64,000 bases of DNA, from contig JAUCBJ010007164.1 in NCBI GenBank assembly GCA_032718475.1, positions 1 through 64,000 of the forward strand, written 5' to 3'. The notes under the pieces are model-generated. The model was not told where the DNA came from, searched no databases, and worked only from the letters and a program-made list of their open reading frames with translations. Of the stretch, positions 24,450 through 34,859 are shown in pieces. Numbering within the stretch: the stretch's first letter is position 1; each line of letters starts with the position of its first letter. Origin of the DNA: Nemertoderma westbladi (Eukaryota; Animalia; Xenacoelomorpha). The position numbers and the translations under genes were made by a program.

Positions 24450-27400
24450 ATGACGGAGTTGATAGAAGATGATCTTGGTATCAGGGAGCGATATACTCTA
24501 CCTTTACAAGCATTTGTGGATAGCTTGATACGCGGTGAAGCCGATCCAACCATTACGGAGGGCGATGGTCGTTATATCGAACCGCCGATGTCCCAAGAGC
24601 AACTTACGCGTGAATTGGACTATCGAAAATTCACCACTCGCTATACGCATCGTAATGGTACGTATATGGACTTCTTAACTACCGGCCATCCTATCGATTT
24701 ACATGATACGGACGATGTAGACACCGAAAGGGAAATGGTTCTATTTAAATATCATACCCAGCGGAGTCGTAACGATAAACCGAGAATAGAACACGAAAAT
24801 TCTATTCGTAACAGACTGGAAAGAGAAAACGTTGAAGAACCGGATAAAAGCATCGACTTCAACGACTACCTGGAATTTTTGAGAGAAACCTATCTCAACA
24901 TCGCCAGTCAGCAGAACCTAGAGACTCGATATCCTCAAGGTATACATCATGACCCTATTGTAGAACTCAAACGGCTCTATTTCACTATGATGTATCTTAC
25001 CGCCGATCGTCCACTACCTGTTATCCCGGATAGTTTTGAACAAATGGAAGAATATTGTAAAACTGGAGAACGATCACCCGCGTTTCCTCTACAGGACGTA
25101 CGTCTTTGGTATTATTGTGACGAATGCCCTAGACCCAACCAACAAACTGAAAGACATAAACATCCGCGGAGACGTTGCGCTAAACACAGTTTTACGCGTT
25201 ATACTTACGGGAGTTTCGAGCGAAACATGTTCGACGTATCACCTACGATCGCTCGTCTTAAACGATCACTGAATAAACCCATGATCAGAGTTCCGGAATA
25301 CTCGGTCAGGCCTCCTCATTCCCTAGTGAGACCTCAAACTCTTGATCCTAACAGTATCACTGATCCTCCCGAACTCTATTCACTGTTCAAAGATTTAGTG
25401 CTACCCGAACAATTAATCGGTGGTGCTCCGGTAGTGGGTTCGTTAGACATTCGCCCATCCTACTTAGCCGGATTGGGACGCGGGCATCTAATATCGCCAT
25501 TTGATCCTTACAATCGTCCAGGATTAAACCCGATGCAACCCGCCACGGAAGTCGAGGAGAGCGTTATAAGAAACGCTTTAGACGCTATTCGACAGAAGAT
25601 CGGAAAGGGAACACAAGATTGTTTAGAGAAACGTAAATTACAACAACAAGTCCAATCGGTGAAGGAGTTAGCCTTGCCACAGTTCGATAGAGAATCCAAA
25701 ACCTCGAGGAGGACATCGAGCTTGGACGCACGTATTCTCTACAAGAGTTTCTAGATGAACGCTTACCGAGACAAGCGGAAGAAAATCTACTCGAGGAGAA
25801 ACACATGAAAATGGACGAGAGAGAAGAAGCCGCTTTAGCCCAACCCAAAGCTCAAATCCTTATGACAGATCTCTACTCTAAAACCGTCCGTCATCCCTCG
25901 ATGGTTCCACATTTCGGAGACAAACTCTTCGCGACGATACAACCCCAACCGGTTGATATCAGTACAGGATCGCAAAATCTTATCGCTGACGCCCCTATGT
26001 TACAGCGTCCGCCGATCGAGGCGGCTCGTGTTGACGGTATACTCGTTGAACCTCCGGACAATCGATCGGATCTTGTCCGTCGTATGGTACACGATGTCAA
26101 CATACGCGCTAGACCTTTACAGAACTCGTTTTATGGGATTAAAGACCACCCTTATTACGTTAATCTGACTCAGTATTATATGGTAAAACCAGAAGACCCG
26201 ACGCATAATTTAAAGTTTCTACCACTAATAAATCCTCTAGACGTTGTCGAACTCGAACAATTGCAGAAACATCTGGATCAGTTAGTAAAGGTAAACTCAT
26301 TCAGAAAACCATATAACATTTCTCGAATCGAGAAGGATATAAAACCTCCTTATAATCTCGATGGATTTATTAAAACTCGATTAGTCCATTGGAATCTAGA
26401 TGTATTATTTGAAGAAGAGAAAATACAAAGATATGGAAATGTGGAGACGTATACCACTCGGCACATGAAGTATAGTGATCTCCCTGACGCTAACCAATGC
26501 GCCACCTTGTGGCATCCAGTAGGGATGACCCTAGAGAACGCCACCAAAGAGTGGAATGAAACTCTTAATGTCATTGAGATGTATGGAGTTGTCACCTACG
26601 ATAATGAAGGTAGCGTTCCGGTCGGGGAACTAGGAACTACGCGCATGATCCACATACGCGGATTAGCTGGTTCTACCCACGTGTTTACTCGAGCGTGTTC
26701 CGACGTGATTGATTATTCCTTTGAAACTCTCACCGAAACGCAAAAGAATCTCCGACATGGACAATTCGAACTCGCGCAGCGTTACGTCATTGACACCGAA
26801 CGCAAACCGGCCATGGGTATCGATGGATCGATGTTACCCCAGCCCGTACTCGAGATGTTGTTCAACGAAAGAATCCTTAAAATCGGCTCAGCTGTTTATG
26901 GAGATCTCCAAAACGCAAAACGACTTTCGGAATATGGAAAATATCCCATATCCTTTCGTGGATACGCAGCTGATTGCTCCCTGGGCAGAAGGTCGAGGTT
27001 TCTTTCGCACCATGTATGCTAATACGTCCAGCAGCATTACAAAGGTGCAACGAACTTCCATCGGACATCTTGCCTTTCAGGAATACGGATGGAATTTCAA
27101 AGTCGGAAATCCCATCAACTATCAACAAGTATACGGAGACCATTATTCTCGATTATACTTTGATGGACCATTGACCGCACCTGGCGCCATGTATAGCTTC
27201 ATGAGTGTTCCACTCCGTCCCTCCTTAGCTATCTACACGATCTTTGAAAACACCGCACTTTCCGGTTGGCTAGCCGATGTGTGCAGTCGTACTATACGCG
27301 CCCATCCATTAATACTTGGGACCAAACTCGCTAAGCTAGATGAACATAATAAATTCCTCCGCTTCGAATGTTTCCGGCGATTTTTAACCCCGTTCCGCAA

Positions 27401-28709
27401 CGTGGATAGCCAATTTAAAGACCGCGCTTTGACCAAGCTCAGCCTAAGAAACTCAGCTGCAGAGAAGTTAGATAGCGCTGGATTTGCCATTTTCAAAGAG
27501 ATTTGTATATCGAACTTGCACTCCTCTGTTATACAAAGACCTCGAATCCCCACAGGTTATTCTGTCGTGGAAATTCAGACAATAGGTCCACTTGAAGAGA
27601 CAGACACGCCCACCTCAGTTATGCACTGGGAAGACGAACCAATATGCCTAGAATCTGAGGAGATTCAGCCTATCGCGCCCCGGAACAGCGACAACGATTA
27701 CATCCTAGAATGGTATCAAGGTCCACAGTGTCTCACTGCGTACGATTATCGACATGCCAACTATGTTTCTAGGCAACGTTGTCGGTTATGCGCATCGAGA
27801 GACCATGTTACGCCCATGGACACAAACGTCCGCTGTTCCTATTTCCAAGAACAACCGACGATGGAAATTTATTGCGCATATTGCAGACTCAATAACTTGC
27901 ATATTTTTGCGGTTTGCCCTCAATTTATGACTCAATGTCAACATTGTCAACTAAAGGGACACGCCAGTTTCGATTGCCCTTTTAATCACGATTTGGAAAG
28001 CGTAGATGAAATGATCACACTACGTTACATCAGAGCTTGGGAAGCGAACGCTGATTTACATTGTGATTCGCGCCATCGCTATTATCTTGGACGCGCTTAC
28101 GAAGGAGTTTATGCGTTCCATCCTTATCTATTCGCTTCTGTCGAACAGAAATCACGCATATCGAGTTACGAACTACTGAAGCGCGTCGGAGAATGTATTT
28201 CAACCAAGTTCGTACGCAAATTTCTCAGGAGTGTTAATCCTAGCGACCTTCATTCATATAACCTAATCAATTTTATCCGTCAGGATCCGGACTATGGAGA
28301 CCTATTTGTTAACTCACACCCCGAGTTACAGGAAGTATATCGACGGCCTTACGAATACCGAGCCCGCGAACGCGAGTTGGAAAGAACCATTAAACCCAGG
28401 AAGTTTCTGACTGCCTATGGTCCACCCACGGCTCTCGTTCAGACCACTTGTAAAGGACCCGTAAGAGCGGCTGTCCTAAAACGCGCTCTCAAGGCCGTTA
28501 GACCCCTCTCCCCCGACGTTGATGTCAATCAACCCGGCACTTCGACTGGCGGATACACCGACCATAATCCTACACCCTCTGATGCAATCATATTGCACCC
28601 TTCACCCAGGAGTTATAGCCCTCCTTGTAAAGTGGCTCGCCCCAAAGAGAAAAAGACTCTGGCCAGCTTTAAAAAACTGCGTAAACGCCGTCCACGCAAG
28701 AAAGACTAA
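24450..28709 (+). CDS. E1 ORF3 (about 1419 aa if two 1-nt indels near 25693 and 26940 are corrected): DEDDy/WRN-like 3'-5' exonuclease domain, Cys/His zinc knuckles and a basic C-terminus
   Basis: ExoI-like VVTYDNEG; ExoII-like LPQPVLEMLFNERILKIGSAVYGDL; then FVDTQ..SIGHLA and an ExoIII-like PLRPSLAIYTIFE. Knuckles: CRLCASRDH, CAYCRLNNLHIFAVC, CQHCQLKGHASFDC. Tail KKLRKRRPRKK. The E2 homolog has the A that is missing at 25693, supporting a single ORF. Confidence 0.75.
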
Positions 28710-28779
28710 CTGTTTAGAGTATTTACGTATATTAGAAACTGTGATTTTTGTATATTTATAGACTTGAATCCCATTTTCT

Positions 28780-28787
28780 GGGAGCGG
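28780..28787 (+). promoter_or_regulatory. E1 polypurine tract GGGAGCGG
   Basis: Directly abuts the TG of the 3' LTR. Identical in E2 (55414-55421). Confidence 0.7.
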
Positions 28788-29987
28788 TGTAAAAGCTTTT
28801 GCGGATATAATCAGTCCCCTTGCCCGCAAAGTACCGTTGTAGGTGTGTTAACGGACATAGAAGTCATTCTTCTATATGTGTGCTTTGGCGGACATGGCAA
28901 GGCACAAAACCCGCAATGCGTCAAATCCTCTAGCACAGTGTAGCCTTGATGATTCAGATTACGACATCTAACAGCTGGTTGCTGGCATGGAAACGGCCGT
29001 TGGACACATGGTTCTTTGTTTAGCTTAACAGCCAATCAGGGCGATTTTTACTGTCGATGTGGAGATATTCTACAGATCGTGCTAGGCGTGTTCAGTCTTA
29101 CTGTTTTCTGTGTTATAGTTTTGTTGTTTCTATCTAGGCCAAGAACACCGGCTCTAGAGTCAGTTCGTTTTCAGACTTTAGAAGAAACATTAGTAGGCTT
29201 AGATTATAGAACGTATAACTGTTATCAACCCAATTATCAGCGCAGTAGCGCAGCGGTACCATCTGATATTGTTATAATCTTAACCTACCGTCTTAATGCT
29301 TTTACTGTTGTTATTATTTGTATCAGTTGGTTGAATATTATTACTTGGAGAACATCGATAAATAACCCAAATTTCCCAATTTTCTTGATACACTACAGGT
29401 TAGAGAGACAGGTTACATATAGCGATTGCGACTTATATTATCGTGGTTTGTAGTGAATTTAATGCTATTTGATAAGCACTACATGAGTCAATTGCTGTTC
29501 TCTTGATGTATGATAAAATTCATTGACGGTCGGCAGATTAGTGTTCAGTATTGTGCGTTACCGGTAGTGTGCATGATTGTGGCTGATAACTAAGCATTTC
29601 CTAAAGAATGCGCCTCATACGTGAATCATAAGCCTTACCGTCTTACCGTTGTGTTTAGTATAAGTCATATCTCTGTTTACCTAGATAGAGCGCCACGTCC
29701 TAAAGGAACTGTTAATATTTCCCGAAAGTGAATAATATTTGTCAGAAATTATTTATTAACGATCAATCGAATAATACAGTAAGCTTACACTGCAATAAAA
29801 TCTAAGCCCTCCGAATCCAGTCTCCCGGGTATATCCAGCGGGTGAATGGACGCGCACTAGGCTGGCTTCGGCTAATGTTGTGTTTATTGGTATTAAATAC
29901 TTGTCATATGCTAAAGTCTATTTATAAACCAAAAGACATATAAATTTTGGCAGGTTAAACTGCTAAAGGTCTTCAAAAGCGCGTACA
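28788..29987 (+). repeat. E1 3' LTR (1200 bp)
   Basis: Near-identical copy of 11426-12625, followed by TSD GGTCC. Confidence 0.97.
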
Positions 29988-30138
29988 GGTCCTACATTAC
30001 AAATTAGCACCACCCTACAGCAACAACAACAACAAAAAAGAAAGAAAAACTTAGTATAAAGAAAAACCCGTGGAAAAAATAGTTAATTTTTCCCCACCCC
30101 ATTCCATCAACCCATTTTTTCCCGCCTTATCTTAAATG

Positions 30139-30680
30139 ATCCATGTAAGTATCTGTAAGCTCCATGTAAGTATCTGTAAGCTCCATGTAGGTATCTGTAA
30201 GCTCCATGTAAGTATCTGTAAGCTCCATGTAAGTATCTGTAAGCTCCATGTAAGTATCTGTAAGCTCCATGTAAGTATCTGAAAGCTCCATGTAAGTATC
30301 TGTAAGCTCCATGTAAGTATCTGTAAGCTCCATGTAAGTATATGTAAGCTCCATGTAAGTATATTTAAGCTCCATGTAAGTATCTGTAAGCTCCATCTAA
30401 GTATCTGTAAGCTCCATGTAAGTATCTGTAAGCTCCATGTAAGTATCTGTAAGCTTCATGTAAGTATCTGTAAGCTCCATGTAAGTATCTGTAAGCTCCA
30501 TGTATGTATCTGTAAGCTCCATGTAAGTATCTGTAAGCTCCATGTAAGTATCTGTAAGCTCCATGTAAGTATCTGCAAGCTCCATGTAAGTATCTGTAAG
30601 CTCCATGTAAGTATCTGTAAGCTCCATGTAAGTATCTATAAGCTCCATGTAAGTATCTGTAAGCTCCATAAGTATCTGCC
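30139..30680. repeat. 21-bp minisatellite (CCATGTAAGTATCTGTAAGCT), about 25 copies
   Basis: Direct tandem units, which also give the artefactual MELTDTY ORFs. Confidence 0.95.
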
Positions 30681-31725
30681 TAACCCTAAGATGAGGTCAC
30701 GACTCTTGCTTGATAACAAACGACGAAATTTATTTATTGAAGGACAGATGACGAATCTGCTATCAAGGAAACGACTACGTATCCCCCTGTACGCGTTACA
30801 AACGAGAAGAAAATGGAATTCGTCTTCTACAGTACTAGACCACTATCACACATCGGACCGTCGTACCACCGTCCAGTTTCTATCATTAATTCATAGGAGG
30901 AACAGCGAAACCTAGCTAACAGCCGTCCCAATGAAATATGAGTCCATCCAGATAATACTCGCTTGAGAAATATAGCTGTCCCTTCGAAGAATCACGGATA
31001 GATCCCCACCAGGTCTGAATAAATTGATCCTGTAACCTTAATTTAATTTCTAGCATATGTAATTGCATTCCCGTTGTCAATACAATTACTCTTGTCATTC
31101 CATAACCATGAGAACCCCAATGAATTAAGCAGACCCCTGACTGAAGCCGCCCAGCCCAACAACTCACCCGTACCTTCCACCAGTATGTTGTATAACTGTT
31201 TTGGTAACCTAGCCTCAGACATTTTCAAGAGCTTAAACCAGTACCTAATGATCCGTAATTTCCAATCAATCACCAAAGGAAAGTATCCAGTTTCACCATA
31301 TGCCGCAATGTTTGGCCAGCGAGAAATCAATAAACGAGAACTTTAGAAAATATTGAATTAAGACAAAATAGGCCCTTTCTGCTTCTCAGCTACTCACTCA
31401 CTCACTCACTCACTCACTCACTCACTCACTCACTCACTCACTCACTCACTCACTCACTCACTCACACTCACTCACTCACTCACTCACTCACTCACTCACT
31501 CACTCACTCACTCAGCTAGAGTTCTCTGTGCCAAGTTGAATATGCCAGTGAATGAAAAAACAATTCCTAAGTATTCATAATCATTCCGCACATTCATAAC
31601 CTACCCGTTAGGGGGCGTTCATATAACATATACACCTACATACAACCAACGTTCATTTGCTGCCAGACGTCCGAAACACTAGAATATCAGACTTACTCAT
31701 ATTAACTTCCAGATTCCTATAATCG
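30680..31725 (-). mobile_element. Decayed non-LTR retrotransposon (CR1/L2-group) ORF2 3' fragment
   Basis: Minus-strand pieces LEVNMSKSDILVF, DYEYLGIVFS, AAYGETGYFPL..IIRYWFKLL, IKLRLQDQFIQTWW and a C-terminal EDEFHF segment. Frameshifted and interrupted by (ACTC)n. Confidence 0.8.
31392..31514. repeat. (ACTC)n microsatellite, about 30 units
   Basis: Visible tetranucleotide repeat, flanked by CTCAGCTA on both sides. Confidence 0.95.
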
Positions 31726-32269
31726 GCATCGCTACTTGTATTTTTCGGCGAAATTTGGCAAATTTTGGTGCTAGCACCAAATTTAGTACCCATCACCAAA
31801 AAGTACAAGTTTGCGATGTCCAGTGCTGTTTTCATTGATTCCATCGGATTCAGGATCTTCATAAACCCGTATAAAGCAAGAAACAATATGATACTATCTA
31901 CTGATCAATTTGCTTATTTTCCAAAATTTGGTGCTGGCACAACAATTTTCACCCACCGGCGAAAATTACAAGTTTGAAAACTCTTATGAAATTTTTACTG
32001 ATTCCATTGAATTCAGAACCCTGACAAACCCGACGAACCCCTGACGAAACCAGAACCCCCAAAAAACCCCAATTGCGTAAAAAACAAGTTTCAAACAATC
32101 AATTTACAAAATTGACATACAGTATTTCAAAATTTGGTGCTGGCACCAAAATTTGTCACCCGCCGAAAAAAACAAGTTTGAAATTTCGAAATCAATTTAT
32201 ATGAATTCCATCCAATTGCTAACACCAAAAAAACGGTGTAAATCAAAAATAGAGATGTTACAGTTCATA

Positions 32270-32517
32270 TTTAATGAAATGTAATTTTCAAAAATCGTCT
32301 CAAAAAAGAGCCAAAAGTAGGGTTAAAAAATTGGTGGTATAACTCGAAAACTACCCAATATTTTTGAAAACGGTTTTCACTACTAGGAAGACAATAGATT
32401 TTTAGGAAAAGTCATAAAAATTCAGATTCCCAACTGCGTTTGTTTTAGAATTATAATAAAAAAACCACGGGGGGGGTGTCATATTGACCCCCCCCCCCCC
32501 GGGTTTAATAGGGTTAA
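32270..32517. mobile_element. Possible end of a non-autonomous piggyBac-like element
   Basis: Ends ...AATAGGG followed by TTAA (32514-32517), with a G-run/C-run subterminal palindrome. The other end was not identified, so the start coordinate is approximate. Confidence 0.3.
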
Positions 32518-32740
32518 TATTGTTTTGAAAATGTTCAATAATGCTTCCTTGCAACGTTCAGAACTGTTGGTTTGAACTGTTGGTTTGAACTGTGCTTGAA
32601 CTAAAAGTGTAGTTCAAATATATAGTTCGAACGAATATTTAACCACTGCTAAATAGCTGTCAATCATTCACTATTAAATGATAATATGGTAAAATGCCCC
32701 CCCCCCCCCCCCGGACAACTGACCACCGCTGCGTTACTAC

Positions 32741-32887
32741 TAGTAACGTACACGGAGTATGCTTATAGAGCATTCCTCCGCCCACTAATGTACTAAGTGA
32801 GTTACCGATACGTAGGACATAGCATGTAAAGTTATGCATATTTTATTATCGTTGTGTCAATATAAATGGAGGATTATAACAACAACA
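32741..32887 (+). repeat. Gypsy 5' LTR remnant (5'-truncated)
   Basis: Matches 58474-58634 apart from two short insertions in the 3' copy. Confidence 0.85.
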
Positions 32888-32889
32888 TA

Positions 32890-32906
32890 TGGCGCAGTGT
32901 GTAGGA
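32890..32906 (+). promoter_or_regulatory. Gypsy primer-binding site, tRNA-Ser-like (TGGCGCAGTGTGTAGGA)
   Basis: TGG-initiated, 2 nt after the LTR CA, and close to the complement of invertebrate tRNA-Ser 3' ends (..TCCTACCGACTGCGCCA). Confidence 0.75.
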
Positions 32907-32973
32907 TCGTCTAAATGCTGAAATGGGACGTGCAGTAAAACCATAGACGATAAATAACATTAATAGGCCAAAG

Positions 32974-33773
32974 ATGCCGCCTCGGAAGAAACCAACCGCC
33001 ACGGATGACGACGATCTACCGACTATATCCGCCGAAATCGAGTCAGCCATCACTAACCAGATTTCCGACACCGAGGCCCGTATGATGGAGTGCCTCGACA
33101 ATATGTTGCGTTATTTTTCTGCTGATATGACAGAGAAAATGGACGCCTTTATGACGGTGATTAAACCTACGGCGTTACCTTCCGCGACATCACCGCCACC
33201 TCCGCTTACCGGTACCGACGGGCACCGGGACCGGTACCGGTACACCAGTACCGGCTCCACCATTGTCTACCCCACGCCGAAGGGTTCCGGACACATCAGT
33301 TTTTGAAAAAATCGACGGTGATGTCGATTATGTCCGTTTCCGGCGTTGGAGACAACACTGGCGAGTTTTTGCCTTGCGCGAACAACTGGAGTGTTTCGAT
33401 CGATCGGTCCAGGTGTACACTTTAGTGACAGCTCTCAGTTCACAGTTACAGGACCTTATTAGAGTGTCACTGCGCATTGATGTCGATGACATTACGATAT
33501 CAACTGAGGTAATTCTCGACAGACTCCTACAGCATCTACGCAACAAGCGATCAGTTGCTGTAGACGCAATACGTTTCCGTGAACGGAAACAGCAACCACG
33601 GGAAACATTTGATTCCTTCCGGGTTGCGTTGGACGATCTTGCTGACAACGCGGAGATATGTGGGCATTGCCGTGAAACCCAGATGGTTACTCAGATTCTG
33701 GTCGGCCTCCGTCATCCCGAAACTCGCTCCAAGTTGCTGAAGATTCTCCCAGCACCCGGCCTGGACGATTGCG
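32974..33773 (+). pseudogene. Gypsy gag, N-terminal part (frameshifted, cut by the foldback insertion)
   Basis: FRERKQQPRETFDSFRVALDDLADNAEIC is a retrotransposon gag motif. The frame LDDC continues as VRICQAME after 43610. Confidence 0.85.
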
Positions 33774-34859
33774 CAATAGTATCTACATCATTGTCCAGAA
33801 TAGGGTGTTTCCCTTCACTTCTATGGGGCTTTCTATTATTCCTACCTGTCCCAAATACGTTGTCTAATGATTTCCAACCTGTCCAATATAGGGGCATCCA
33901 ATCAAATCATCATATGAGCCAACTCCTCTTCATCGGACCAATACCAACATTCCTAAAGTTATGCATCCTGCTTATTGGCTATATAATGTAAAGGTTAATG
34001 GAAAATTCCACTGATATATAATCCAAGTGTCAACTACGAATCCAGGGCTCATTATAACAACCTATACTGGACAGAGCAACGTATTTGGGACAAGAGCTGG
34101 TTGAGGTATATGTACAGTGGAAATTCCCATTCTAAATAAGGGCATTTGGAATACTTGTTCCCTAGTTATGGTTAAAGATATACTGTGGGTGCCTTGCAAA
34201 TGGCCTGTAAGACTGTGATGCATTATAGGCTATAGTGTCACCATAGTCACGTTATTTAATTTCATGTTGTACAATTTATTCATATTGTGCAATTTATCAT
34301 GTTGTGCAATTTATTCATTATGCAATTTATTCATTGTGCAATTTATTCATGTGGTGCAATTTATTCACTTATAATAAATCTAAATACATTCGTATATTAA
34401 TAATTAAATGACAATCAAATTAGTGATATCGCAACCTCCTCCCCCGGACTCAACTTCATCCCAAATAGTCCTTAATAAGTCTTAAATTTGAATCAAATAG
34501 GTTGTGAGTGTCCCATATAGGGTGTTTGTGTCCCATATAGGTTGATTTTGTCCAAAATAGCCTGTAGCTTTATCAAAATTATTTCAAATAGTTTTTAAAT
34601 GTAAAGGAATACTGAAAAGAATATTGACTTCATAATCATAGCTTTAATTCCAATTTGTCCCAAATAGGTTGTTTATGTCCCATATAGGGTGTTTGTGTCC
34701 CACACAGGGTGTTTTTATACCAAATAGCATGTAACTTTCTCAAAATGATTTTACATAGTTTATAAATATGATGGAAATACTCAAAAGAAAATAGAATCCA
34801 CTATCATACATAGCTTTAATTTAAATTTGTCCCAAATAGGTTGTTTGTGTCCCATATAG

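Larger units (their letters stand above)
11426..29987 (+). mobile_element. BEL/Pao LTR retrotransposon E1, full length, 18,562 bp, with extra ORF3
   Basis: Two 1200-bp TG..CA LTRs, a 5-bp TSD GGTCC (11421-11425 and 29988-29992), and BEL/Pao gag-PR-RT-RH-IN domain order. Confidence 0.97.

Noticed and set aside
24450-28709. ORF3 as an envelope glycoprotein
   Set aside because: No signal peptide or transmembrane anchor is evident. It has nuclease and zinc-knuckle motifs and a basic tail instead.
30127-30669. (MELTDTY)n ORFs
   Set aside because: These are translations of the 21-bp minisatellite.
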